Below, piece by piece: positions 47,282-59,374 of a stretch of 64,000 bases of DNA. The notes beneath the pieces were generated by a model. It made no database searches, was not told where the DNA came from, and was given only the letters and a program-made list of their open reading frames with translations. The stretch's first letter is position 1; each line of letters begins with the position of its first letter. The stretch spans positions 1,116,001 through 1,180,000 of the forward strand of contig OZ025789.1 of assembly GCA_964019425.1 (NCBI GenBank), given 5' to 3'. This DNA comes from Flectonema sp. DT1601 (Eukaryota). The position numbers and the translations under genes are program-made.

Positions 47282-49366
47282 ATGATTGACTCTGGTTGGG
47301 TATCAATACTTGTAGAAGGAGGTGATTGGGAAACACGTTTTGTAGCAGTCAATTCGGATAAAATATTAATAAGAACCGCCATTGAGAAAACAGGAACCAA
47401 CATATCTGGTTGGAAGAATGTACAAAGAGCCAACTTATCATGTTATAAACCACCTGAAGCGAGAAGTTATGGTATCGAGTCTGAGTTAGTTAGAAGAGGT
47501 GTTTATTGGTCAACTTCATCAAAGGAATTGCGAGACTTAATATTTGCTGTGTTGCTGAATTCACCGAAGAATTCTAATGCGCAGGAATTTCCTAAATGTT
47601 TGTTACCAATGAAGAAACGATCTTGTATTAGAAGTTGTGCACTCAGTCCGTTTATTGAAAGTTCATATAGCTCCCCGTTGTTAAAATCATATCCTCGTTT
47701 TGATATGGGAAGGATGTCAACTGTCGTGACTAACAATCATTCTCCAAGGGGTTCATCTCCAAAAATCTCATCTCCAAGGGTCTCATCTCCGAGAACACTA
47801 ATTATACAGCCTCAACAACAGGTTTATTATGACGTTGCTCGTATTGCTAAGATAGAAGCGAGTATCCTAACATCTGTTTTATCAGTTGTTGCTTTATCAT
47901 CGAATGGTCTTCAAAGGTTAATTAGACCAAGTCAAATAGCACTCTCGTATAGTGTTGTTGAATCTTCTTTTTCACCTTTGAAAGAAGTCAGAAGTCCTTC
48001 TCCAAAACGTGTTTGTGATTCGGAAATTGATCGTCTAATCAAGAGTTGTATGGATAGCCCACCTCCAGTAGAAGTCGTTCAATTGCCAATCAGTACAATG
48101 TCTGTTGGGGATATCGCAACAGAAATGATTCAAAGAATAATGAAAGAAGACCTGGAGTACAGTTGTAGATCAACAGCATCTCCACTCCAACCACCTGAGG
48201 AAGCCAATAAACAAATAGAAACATCTCAATCTATACCTGATACACAGCTCTCTGAGTTGTTGAAGGCAGGTTGGCAACCACCCAACTCATTAACTAGTGA
48301 TCAAAGTAAGAATCAGGTTTTAATTGAACAAGAAGGTAATATCAGTCAGCTTACAGACAACATGCATACAGCTGATGATGACATAAAGAAGGAAGGAATT
48401 GATGATCAGATTAACAACACGCGAGGTGCAGAAATTACTGAAGCGGCTTCCGAAGATCAAAACATAACTCAACATGAAGAAGAGGGTAACGCTGTCGTAT
48501 CAAAACCTGACGATGACACGAATCGGGAAATTGGAACTGCAGCCAGCGACAGTGAGAATCCCATCGATCAGGTTGCTGGCGACATACAAACAGAAAATGT
48601 GGCAAAACCTCAACTTGAAAATGACGTTACTCCAGCAATTGATGGGAATGAGGATCAGCATTCTGACCCACCTCTATCAGAGACTATAAGAAGTGAGGAA
48701 GGTGTCTCTCAGCTTGTTAACAACACACAACCAGATGATACGACAGAAGTACAACCTGACCAGAGTACTTCAGATGAGGAGGGAGATCAACGTTCTCATG
48801 AACCACTCGATGTTTGTAAAGTAAATAATGACCAACCACTATCAGAAACCATAAAGAGTGAGGAATGTGTGGATCAGCTTACTAACAATACACAACCAGA
48901 GGAAGTCACCGAAGATAAACCTCAACTTAACGATGGTGATGGTGATGACGCAATACCAGCAGGTGATGGGAATGAGGATCAGCATTCTGACCCACCTGTA
49001 TCAGAGAATATAATAAATGAAGAAGGTTCCTCTCAGCTTGTTAACAACACACAACCAGATGATACGACAGAAGTACAACCTGACCAGAGTACTTCAGATG
49101 AGGAGGGAGAACCGTCCGCTACTAAAATATGTTCTGAATTAGTAACAAACATCACAGCCGATGCCATTGCGCAGTCGGAAAGTAATCCACAGGCAGACCC
49201 ACAGGATGTGAATGAGCCGTCAGCTGGTAGCGAGTCCCAACAACAATCATCAAAGAGTAAGAATAGTAAAAAGAAAAATAACAACAAGCAGCAGCAACAA
49301 CAACAAGAAAATAACTCAAATTCCAAAAAGAAGGGAAAGAAAAGATGGTGGAATAGAAAGAAGTAA
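47282..49366 (+). CDS. Hypothetical protein: possible N-terminal PH-like fold, acidic disordered region with an internal repeat, basic tail
   Basis: 694-aa ORF. Segment ~48641-48786 is repeated at ~48965-49110 (offset 324). Confidence 0.75.
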   Translation: MIDSGWVSILVEGGDWETRFVAVNSDKILIRTAIEKTGTNISGWKNVQRANLSCYKPPEARSYGIESELVRRGVYWSTSSKELRDLIFAVLLNSPKNSNAQEFPKCLLPMKKRSCIRSCALSPFIESSYSSPLLKSYPRFDMGRMSTVVTNNHSPRGSSPKISSPRVSSPRTLIIQPQQQVYYDVARIAKIEASILTSVLSVVALSSNGLQRLIRPSQIALSYSVVESSFSPLKEVRSPSPKRVCDSEIDRLIKSCMDSPPPVEVVQLPISTMSVGDIATEMIQRIMKEDLEYSCRSTASPLQPPEEANKQIETSQSIPDTQLSELLKAGWQPPNSLTSDQSKNQVLIEQEGNISQLTDNMHTADDDIKKEGIDDQINNTRGAEITEAASEDQNITQHEEEGNAVVSKPDDDTNREIGTAASDSENPIDQVAGDIQTENVAKPQLENDVTPAIDGNEDQHSDPPLSETIRSEEGVSQLVNNTQPDDTTEVQPDQSTSDEEGDQRSHEPLDVCKVNNDQPLSETIKSEECVDQLTNNTQPEEVTEDKPQLNDGDGDDAIPAGDGNEDQHSDPPVSENIINEEGSSQLVNNTQPDDTTEVQPDQSTSDEEGEPSATKICSELVTNITADAIAQSESNPQADPQDVNEPSAGSESQQQSSKSKNSKKKNNNKQQQQQQENNSNSKKKGKKRWWNRKK

Positions 49367-49612
49367 GGCAACAAAAAAAAAAAAAAAAAACACTTCTCTT
49401 CATGCTGCAAGTTGTAACCTGAAAATCTTAACTGTATTATTATGTCATTCTGGTTTGTATTTAATTGATACACCTTTTTGTCTTGTATTTCGGTACTGTT
49501 TTGTTCTGTCAGAGACAATTAGACTTAAATCACATCGTTATTATCGTTTTTTTTTTTTTTCTTTTTTCACAGAACAAAAAAAAGATAATAAAAAAAAAAA
49601 AAATTTCTCCTT

Positions 49613-50050
49613 ATGGAAACCATCACTATGGCGTATTCCTATACGGCAACTGACAAAAACGGACTTACCGTTAGACGAGGTGATGAAATTGATGTTCTAG
49701 AAAAGGATAGGAGCGGATGGTGGATCGGTCGATGTAAAGTAAGGTCATCAGCTATTGGTATATTCCCAAGTACGTTTATTGTAAAGAAAGGAGAAGAAGC
49801 AGCTGTCGGGTTAACTAATTATCAAATTACACTACCGATTAGAGATGGTGATCTGTTTGTTGCAACTACTTCATTCACTGCTCAAGACGTTAATGATCTC
49901 AGTTTTAGAGTTGGGGATGTTATCGAAATTATAGAAGGATCTAATAACGTGACTTGGTGGATTGGCGTCTGTGATGGAATCTCAGGAAGGTTTCCAGCCG
50001 ACTGCGTTTCCAGATTAAAAAAAAAAATTAAAGGATCAAAAATAAAATAA
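49613..50050 (+). CDS. Tandem SH3-domain protein
   Basis: LTVRRGDEIDVLEKDRSGWWIG..GIFPSTFI and DLSFRVGDVIEI..WWIG..GRFPADCV. Confidence 0.85.
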   Translation: METITMAYSYTATDKNGLTVRRGDEIDVLEKDRSGWWIGRCKVRSSAIGIFPSTFIVKKGEEAAVGLTNYQITLPIRDGDLFVATTSFTAQDVNDLSFRVGDVIEIIEGSNNVTWWIGVCDGISGRFPADCVSRLKKKIKGSKIK

Positions 50051-50617
50051 ATAGATCAGCCTGACGACTTCAATATTGAAACTCTTCAGCTGACAACAGT
50101 GACCTTTATTTATAAACATCAGCCAGTCATTTTACTCATTATAACTGCTTTCTTGGGGATGTGTCTTTAACAATATTAAATAGTGGCCATGCTTGTTGCT
50201 TCCTCACTCGATAATGATTATCGTAAAATATAAAAAAAAAAACAAATTATTGAAGTTTAATGTGTTGGCAAGTTTCGGGTTGGTGTATAGTTTTCTTTTT
50301 TCCTGGGGAACTAATCTGTTGGTATCTCGTAGCCCCACACATTAAGAATTCAGAAGAAAATTAAACTTGGCAGAGCAGCTCGTCAGGAAACTTGCGTACC
50401 TTTGTTATAACTTCAATAAATTACTTTTCTTGTTCTTGGCGGTTTCATCCCCGATTTGCGAGTTAGTTTTTTTTTTTTTTTTTTTTCTCTCCTACACCAA
50501 ATTATACAACGAAGGCCACGTCCTTCTCTTGCTTGGCTCATCCTAGTCAGCCATTCTTCTTGTTGGGAATTATCTCATTTGATAATTATAATTTATTAGG
50601 AAGTTAACACCAACACC

Positions 50618-51940
50618 ATGTCGCAGTCCGGAGGGATTGCCGATGCTAGCATCACTAAGATGGCTTCAGAGTCTACATTGGGTGGAGAACAAGCACAAGT
50701 AGACGACGGCACGATGGAAGACATTCTCGAAAAATTAAAAATTTTAAACTACCAAGTTGCATTCTCACAGCAATGGGTTTCAGCAAAAGGTCAAAAAAAT
50801 CACAATTTCAGACCTTTGACAAGACAACATTTTTGCCAACCAGCTTCAAACTTAAACGAACAATATTTTTATTTTGCTAGTTTGGTTGCTTGGTTGGTTA
50901 GTATTTGTGGAGGAAAGATCGACGTGCCAGACCAGTTCGACGATCCGAACGTCGTATCAACAAACATCATCCAGGCTTTAAAAGATCTTGACATGTCCGT
51001 CAGAGATATTATGCCTTCAAAAATTAGACAAGGTTTCGGAGACTCCGTTTTGTTAACTTTATCTATGCTAAGTGATCAAGCTCTTAAAGAAAAAGGTTTT
51101 CAATTTTTACAACCGACGTACCCTCAAGATAACTACTCTGAAGATACTCAAATTGAAGATCCATCCGGAGGATCAAATGAAGAAATAGCAGATGACGTGG
51201 CATTCAGACCAGATTCAGGTGATGATGAGTGGTACGAAGGTCTTCCTGGCTATGCAAAAGATCAAAACGAATACAAAGCAGCGATTCAATCTCAAGTAAA
51301 CCCCGAAGCATGGAGACTTGAACTTGAAACAGTCGCACCTCAATTAAAACTATCTCAACAAGAACATATGAAAGACTGGAGAGCTCATATTGATTGGATC
51401 AGCAGTCTCTTAAAGAAACTAACTGTTCTGTTTCCTGAAGTTAAACAGTCTCTTAAGAATGTCAACGAAGATATTCAAAAAGCTGTTGAAAAAATACAAA
51501 AAAGAGAACTAACTCTCTCTTCTCAATTCGTAGACCAAACGGAACGCTATAGGCAAATTCATCAAGAAATGCAAACATATCAGGAAAATTATAATACATG
51601 CAGCACTACTGTTAACAACCTCTCTACAAAATTAAACCAAATTACAGAAGACCTCGAAAGAGTAAAACACGACATTGAGGATCGAGAAGCTCAAATGTCA
51701 GATTCTAAGCCATTAGTAAATATTAAGAAAGCGCTTACCGAACTCAAGGCTGAAACAAAAACGATGGAGCTACGTATTGGAGTATTGCAGCATACTGTAT
51801 GTGATATTTCCTTTTTTAATGATTTTTTTTAATACTATGTTGGTTTATCAAAAAACAAAACAAAACAGGTATTACATCATGCTGTAAAGACTAAAAGCAC
51901 AGAAATGAATGATCATCACGGAGACACGTCTCATTTGTAA
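50618..51940 (+). CDS. IFT57: Intraflagellar transport protein 57. Exons 50618..51796, 51869..51940
   Basis: MEDILEKLKILNY, EQYFYFASLVAWL, QFDDPN, WRLELETVAPQLK, KDWRAH, DSKPLVNIKKAL..MELRIGVLQH. Confidence 0.93.
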
Positions 51941-52427
51941 AGAGTGAACGCATCTGAAGGCGACCAATATCGTGACGAGTCTTCTTATCGACACCCTTTT
52001 CCGTGTCCGTAATATTAGTTTTTGGTTTGATTTCTAATTCGTGGGCTCCTGAGATGGAGTAATTAGTTATTTTTAAATAAATAAAAAAAAAAAATAAAAA
52101 AAAAATGCATCTTCGCATTGAGGGCTTCTCAGACTACTTAACATACATATGTGCTATCTGTTTGGCCTTTAGTTCCCAATTGCGGTATGCCATCGGAAGG
52201 AAATAGATCTTATTATTTTTTCTTTTAAACGAATGAAAAAAAATAAAAAAAAAACTTAAAAAAAAAAAAATAACCAAAGAAAATAGAACAAAAAGAGAGG
52301 ATGTGTCTTTCTCTCTTTTTTCTAAAGTAAATTTGTTAATACACTCGTGAAATGTTTGTTGTTTGCGTACGTTTAATATTTTCATGTCATCTCTCTAACA
52401 AGGTATTATTATTCCAATATAAGAATT

Positions 52428-53477
52428 ATGGCATGGGGTTTTAAACAAAAAGACATCACCCACACCGAAGAGCTGAAGTACGGTCTACCAGCAAGGGTCT
52501 TTTCAATATTGTACATACTAGTTTTGATTTTAACGCCGGTATGCTCAATGGTCGGATGGTGGAGAGAAGATGCATTTGGTAATTGTGACGCTTCTTTAAT
52601 AAGAATGGAATGCTTTGGAAATCGAGAATACCTAGCAGATTGGGGTAATGAGGCTTGGCCAACTGGAAAACAAACGAACATTGCAGTTATTGGATTGGTG
52701 ACTTTAGTTTTTGATTCTGTCGTACGAGTCTCTGCATCAATCGTTTGCATTGCTTGTGGACATCCTGACATCGGTATATCCCATTGGGCGGCATTCGCAT
52801 CTTCCCTACTTGGGTTTGTCACCGTCCTTACTGTTGGTGTTGGTTGGAAATTAGATGACAATGCGAGTGACGGCTGGGGATTTTATTGTTGTCTTGTTCA
52901 GGCGATACTTGACCTTCTTATTGGTATTGTATTGTTATGCATCTGGCTTCTCAGACGGAAAAAGAAAAAACCTCGAATTCAAAATGCCGAACCTGGAGTA
53001 ATACACGAAGTACCATGGCAACCCAGCCCTCCAAGAATAAAGGATGGAAAGGCATTGGAGCTCGGACCTGACTCAGGACTACAAGTTGCTCATATACCTG
53101 TTGCGGTTCAAGAAGAACCGCTTCCGCCGGAGCGTCCCGCAGAATGGCGCCATGCATCAACTTTTAATAAACGTCAAAATGACAAAACTTACGAAGAGTT
53201 TGGTGGAGGTCTCTTTGGTACAAAAGGAGAACTGATTCATCATAATTCTATTCAGAATACCAATACTGTCAAACAGTCTTTTGCATCAATTCGTCAGGGT
53301 CATAACTATTCCCCTGCTTATGGTTATGCTGGAGAGCAATTTGGTAAACCCATCCCAGCTAATCCTCTCGATGAGACGTTCTTTCAGCAACCACAGTCGA
53401 CAGTTGCCGTGGAGTCTCTTCATGCACGAGAAGCTGACAGACGAGGTGAAATGGGAAATAGACTAGGTGGTCTTTAA
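52428..53477 (+). CDS. Four-TM membrane protein (amastin/claudin-like topology) with Pro-rich tail
   Basis: Four hydrophobic segments, a Cys pair in loop 1, and GWGFY before TM4. Confidence 0.65.
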   Translation: MAWGFKQKDITHTEELKYGLPARVFSILYILVLILTPVCSMVGWWREDAFGNCDASLIRMECFGNREYLADWGNEAWPTGKQTNIAVIGLVTLVFDSVVRVSASIVCIACGHPDIGISHWAAFASSLLGFVTVLTVGVGWKLDDNASDGWGFYCCLVQAILDLLIGIVLLCIWLLRRKKKKPRIQNAEPGVIHEVPWQPSPPRIKDGKALELGPDSGLQVAHIPVAVQEEPLPPERPAEWRHASTFNKRQNDKTYEEFGGGLFGTKGELIHHNSIQNTNTVKQSFASIRQGHNYSPAYGYAGEQFGKPIPANPLDETFFQQPQSTVAVESLHAREADRRGEMGNRLGGL

Positions 53478-53938
53478 CTATTTCAAGTTATAGACAAAAC
53501 TCTAACCGTCCTGTACGAATAATTACAATAGATGTGTTCTGTTTTTGCATTTTTGATTTCTGTTTTTTCCCGTTCTTTTGTAGTTTCGTAGACTCTGAGG
53601 ACTTCTTTCTCTGATAAGGAATGCAGTGATTGTCCTTTTTTCGGTATCCCTCATTATGAATTGTGGGGGTGCCGTACTCTCAGTAATAATTGTATCTCTC
53701 TCATTCTATCATCGAAAAAAAAAAAAAAAAAAAAACAACAACAACGGGAGCAACTACCTGTTAACCTGTTGTACAGTAGGTATAAGCCTTTTATTATTAT
53801 TTATTTTTCGATTCCTGTACTTGTGTTTTATTTTTTGGTTTGGAGGTTATGGTTTTTCTAAAAAAAAAAAAAAAAAAAAACTAAACTGAATAAATATCAA
53901 GGAAGCTACTTCTTTTCTCTATCAGAATAGACATAACG

Positions 53939-54724
53939 ATGAGTGTTTCAAAAGCAAGGCCAAGTTGGTGTACAGTTCCTGAACCAAATGTGATAGAGAG
54001 TGATTGGAAAGCAGGAACAATGTTCAGAGCTGAAGATGACGTGGATAGGACAGCAATCCCCTGGAATATCAAAGGTTCGATTCTCTCTCACGAGGATATT
54101 CCAAAAACAGTTCCGATAAAAGTTGAAGACCTACTTCCCGCAGGAGAAACCACCGAAGTTAAATTCGCAAAACTACTTCACGGGGTACTATCTGAAGAGG
54201 AGTGCAACACAATTATCAAACTCGCTAATGAAAAAGGATTCACAAAAGCACTTCTGAACATTGGAAGAGGAAGACAAGTATACTCTCCTGACAGTAGGAA
54301 AGGACAGCGTTGTATTGTAGATTGTCATATCTTATCAAAACTTCTTTTAGAAAGAACACAAAAACACCTTCCAGAAATGAAAGGATTGTCGGTGAGAGAT
54401 TTGAATGAAAGACTCCGAATCCTCTGCTACAGTGATGGAGGTGATTCTTTTCCAGCTCACTGTGATGGAATGTACAGTCGTCCAATGGGTCATCCGAACA
54501 GCAGAGATCGTAGTCTCGTGACCCTACAGCTGTACCTCAATACCATCCCATCAGAGTCTGATGGTGGTGGTACGGCTTTAAACGCATTTCAAAAAGTAGC
54601 ACAACCTGTAGTTGGATCTGTGTTAATATTTACCCAACAGAACATCCTCCATGAAGGACTTCCTCTGGTTACTAATGGGATTAAGTATACACTTCGATCT
54701 GAATATATGTACCACGAGGTTTAA
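53939..54724 (+). CDS. 2OG-Fe(II) oxygenase (prolyl-4-hydroxylase-like)
   Basis: VLSEEEC, HCD (HxD), LYLN..GGGT, HEG and KY..R. Confidence 0.88.
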   Translation: MSVSKARPSWCTVPEPNVIESDWKAGTMFRAEDDVDRTAIPWNIKGSILSHEDIPKTVPIKVEDLLPAGETTEVKFAKLLHGVLSEEECNTIIKLANEKGFTKALLNIGRGRQVYSPDSRKGQRCIVDCHILSKLLLERTQKHLPEMKGLSVRDLNERLRILCYSDGGDSFPAHCDGMYSRPMGHPNSRDRSLVTLQLYLNTIPSESDGGGTALNAFQKVAQPVVGSVLIFTQQNILHEGLPLVTNGIKYTLRSEYMYHEV

Positions 54725-55037
54725 TAAAATTAAACATTTCATTTATTTATCCTTTTCTATCCCTTACGCTAATCGTAATTACGATTAGCGTTCGTCTATA
54801 TTCTTATTCTTGCTCTCTTTGCTTTTGACAAAAAGTCGGAGAAAGACATAATATTTTGTAGAAGAACATGTTGGTGTTGATGAGCACAATTTATTACTTT
54901 TCTACAATAAAGAGATACTCGTTATCACTGCTTTTCACGTTTTCGCAACATTTAGCGACTCAGTGGCCTGGTGTGTGTCGCTTCTTCACAAGAAGCGTGG
55001 AATAAAAGCAACTGTGAATTTATGTAGTTGGGGAGCC

Positions 55038-55068
<31 letters not shown>

Positions 55069-55255
55069 GTTTCTTGAGCTTCTCCGGAATTTGGGTGTGG
55101 ACTAAAGGCATCACTCTAACCAAGCTGCTAACAACCCCTCGATCCCCTAGCCTACTCTAGCACTTTATAGTGTGTGATGGGTTGATTTTATATTGTTATT
55201 CCCTGCTGCTCAAATTGTCAAACTATGTTCCCTCTTTAAAAGGTTGTAAAACAGA

Positions 55256-57178
55256 ATGGACACGTTTAAAAAATTCATCGGAAAAGGTCCAAATGCGCAA
55301 CTTGTCGAGGAAGCAACAAGTGAGCTACTGCTGACTCCTGACTGGGAGAAGAACGTCGCAGTTTGTGATGCTATAAAACTCAGACTGGACTGTGCAAAGG
55401 AGGTCTTAAAGGCACTGAAGAAGCGAATGACTCACAGCAATGCTAAGGTCCAATTCTTGTCTCTCGTGTTGCTTGAATCGACTATAAAAAATGGAGGGCA
55501 AGTATTCTTTACCGAATTAGCATCTTACAAGGAGCTCAAAGATGAATTAATAAAAATTGCGAAGCGAACTGGATCAAGTGATGTCATGACTGCCAGAGAC
55601 CAGGCTCGTAAAATCCTTAAAAATATCGCAACATTTGATGTACGCAGACACAAGGGATTCGCTCAGGCATTTAAGAGATGGAATGAAGAGGCAATGTCGA
55701 AGGGAATCTCATTTGAGGATGTGGAGGCTGAGGATTGGTCGAGTTTGACTTCAATGGGCCCAAGTCAGGTTGCTACTGATCCAAGAAACTATCACCAGGA
55801 AGCGAGACCTCAGCAGCAGCAACAGCAAAATCAGCACCAGCATCACCACCACCATCATCATCACAATCAACAACAGTACGCCTACCCTGCGCAGGTGCAT
55901 CAGCAGCGGCAACAGCAGCAACAAGCACCTATGATTGTTGCTGGTCCTAATGGACAACAGTTATTAGTACAACCTATTGCTCCTGGTTCATCAATCCCAC
56001 AGGGTGCTGTTCAGGCAACAGATGCAATGCAACAACACGTCGCAACTCAAATGAGAAGTCAGGGAGGAGCAGGTCAGAGACCACAGCAACAACAACAACA
56101 GCAACAGCAACAGCCTCAGAGAATTGATCCTGCCGAATATCAAAGACAGGTTGAGGAAGCTCAAGTTCAATCCGAGTCTCGTCTCCGTGAAGAACTTGAG
56201 TCCACCCAGGATCAAATCTCTCTTATGAATGAAATGCTTCAGGCTGCTGCTGCTGAGAACCGCACTGAACAAGACCTTGCTGGTGATGAAATCCTTTCTC
56301 AAATAGCTGCACAGCTCCGTGACACTCAGGGGAGGGCAGTTAATTTTATTAGCGGCAATGCAGGTAGACTTGAAAACATTGGAGAGTTCTTTCAATATAA
56401 CGATAATCTTATTCAAGTCTTAGAGAAGTATTCAAGTATGACTGGGCAGGTGGGTGTTCCTGACGAGCCCACTGGTGGATTCGTTCCTGCGGAAGCTCAA
56501 CATCAAGAACATCAATATCAAGACCAGCAACAACAACAACAGCAGCAACAACAGCATCCAGAACAGCAAAGTCAGTTTGAGGCGTTTGCTCGTGAGCGGG
56601 CAGTGATGTCCCAGCAACAAGAACAACAGCAGCAGCAGGAACAACCATCAGCCCCCCAGGCCCCCCAGGCAGATGTTGTAACTGCGACTACTTTGGATGA
56701 TCTGTTTGCAATGCCACCAGCAGCTGTCACTCCAGTAACAGAGACAATCACTCCACCAGCTAACAATGAGAACGCCTTTTCTCTGAATGCCGAACCCGGT
56801 GATGTTACTTCAGTTGCACCTGAAGCTGAGTACGTTCCGGTACCTCAACCAGAGAGTGTTTTTCCAACTGCACCTGCTGTTGCTAATGTTTTAGCTCCAG
56901 TTAGTGTTCCAGTTGAGGCCGCACCAGCTCCAATGCCAATGATGGGAACCGCACCTATTGCAAGTGAACCCCCAATGACATCTGAGGTTCCTGTTGCTCC
57001 AGTTGTACACGCTGACCCTGCAGCAGCTCCACAGGTTTGTTTTTGACTTTCTATCCACAACAGACACTTAATTATTCTATGAAAGGCGAGCTCGTGAAAT
57101 ATAAAAAAAACAACTCAGGCTCAAACCGACGTAGACTTTGACTCGTTTTTGGATGGAAGACTTGCACCAGTTTCTTAA
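55256..57178 (+). CDS. TOM1: TOM1-like VHS + GAT domain trafficking adaptor. Exons 55256..57034, 57119..57178
   Basis: VHS domain ATSELLLTPDWEKNVAVCD..LLESTIKNGG; GAT-like NDNLIQVLEKY. The spliced end DFDSFLDGR resembles the TOM1 C-terminal FDxFL motif. Confidence 0.8.
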
Positions 57179-59374
57179 ACAAGATGTCAGTCTGAACAAG
57201 TGAACTGTGCTCTGAAAGCGATAACTGAAGCTTCGACTTCCTTGTTGTTCAGAATAAGGAATAACCTAGTAACTGAAAAAGAGTAGTTCGGAGTTATTAA
57301 GAACTGCTGTGCGCGAAATCAAATCTGTATTTCGAGAGAGAATCCCACCGACACCATGCACAGCTTTTATGGATTGAAAGTGCATCTCGGTATGAAAAGT
57401 ATGAATGGAACCCCTGTCCCTCACCCATCCCTTCGTTTTTTTTTTTTTTCGAGTTCAATTCTTTCTTTAAAGCCGCTATTCTCTCACTTTTTTTAACTCA
57501 CAGACATAAAAAAAACATTTTGCGGTGATGTTAATTTTTTTTTTTTTTTTTTTTTGCGGGTTTTGCTTACATTAATTCTTAAGAGAAAAGGATAATGTGA
57601 ATGGGTGGGTTGCAGTACGGCTGTGTTATATTCCTATATTTTTATTATTTTTTTTTTATTTTTTTATTTTTTTTTTTTTTAATTTTACACGACGTTCGTT
57701 TTTTTATTTTATTTTTTTAAATAACCATATACAATGAATAAGAAGGCCCATGAAAAGATTAATTTAAGACAAAAAAAAGAAAAAAAAAAAAAAAAAAACG
57801 TTTATTGCTAAAAGTGTTGGGTTAAAAAAAAAAAGAACAAGAAAAATAAAATGATTTCATTCAATAATTGGAGAGATATTTAGTCTTTATTTTTCACTCC
57901 ATTTCGTAGTTATATAAAAAAAAAAGTAAACTCCTTTTTTAACCAGTACCCCAAAAGAAACAAAGTATTTGTTGTTGTTATAAAAATCTTTAAGTTAGTT
58001 CCCTGTACGGTGATCCCACCTCTACGGACGAAACAAGAAAAAAAAAAAAAAAAAAACAAGCGAAGCTATTTTTTTTTTTTTGCACCGATGAAGTCGGAGA
58101 AGAAACTATTCAGATTAAGAGCCGTTATTTATTATGTCATGTTATCTATTTCCCTGTGCGCCAGTAAGACTAAGCTGCGATCAACAAAATATAAGGCTTA
58201 TCTGAATGGTTTTATCACTTTGTTCACTATTGCTCGAGGATAACAAAGCAAACAAACAGACTCCTTGCAAAGGGGACCTTTGTATAAGGCTCATCTGAAT
58301 AGTTTTCGATAGTGTTGCACTAAAAATAACAAGACTCAAAAGTTACATTTTTTTTGCAGACATTTTCTTTTTACTTTTTACTCTTTTTTGAGTGGTGTAA
58401 TGAATGAATGTACACCCGAACGAGGGACTGATATATATGTTGTACCGCCTTCCATCTGACTGCCTTTATTTTATTTTATTTTGTATTATTTTCGTTTTTT
58501 TTTTCCCCTCTTTCTGATTGCAGTTATTTCCTGCGAATGATAACAACAGAAAGATGGTTATGTTCTCCCCACAGTGATATAGAATCTTTGCTTGTGAATC
58601 TTGAGTAAGTCTATTTTTTTCTCTTTTTTTTTCCTGCTTTGATTTGCAAAGAACATCACGTACCAGAGGTACTTGTCTCTGTGATTTTTTTAATTTTTTT
58701 CTTATTATGTTTCTGCGGGGTTTTTTTTGTAGGGTTCCTCACCTTTTTGGGTTAAGTTGACGTGGCCAATTTTCCTTCGTGGCGTTCCTTGCCTTTGCAG
58801 TTTAAAAAAAATCATGTTCTCCTCTCACTAATTTTAAGTTTTAAAAAAAAAAATATTAAAAAAAAAATATTGACTGGAGACTGTGGACAACTTTCCGACA
58901 TTTTAAATTTCTAAATTTCAAATTAAAAACAAGTCTATGCTAGCTTTATAGTTTTTTTTTTTTTTTTTTAAAGCATAAGAAGGCTAAATTCTGAGATTAC
59001 CCATTGTTTGGATGCCTTTTTTAAAGAGAAACTAAAAAAAAAAAAGCAAGTTTAACGGGCGTGTTTTGTGTGGTCAGTTAGTTAGTTCTTTCTTTCTTTT
59101 TTTTTTTTTTTTTTTTATAAAGGCTGTACGAGCAGCTATGGAAAAATTAACTTTTTAACTTTTTTGGATAACGGAGTTTTTTTTATATTTTTTCTTCTTC
59201 GCAATAAATGGATTTTTATTTTTTTTTTCTTCAGTGAGCCCACACATCATATGAACAGGTAACGGATACAATATACCTCCGCGGTATTGAGAATCTCTGA
59301 GAGCTTCGGAAGGGATTAGTGAAGCATTAGTTAATGTTCCCCTTTCACAGTTTCCTCTTTAGTTGAACCACAAC

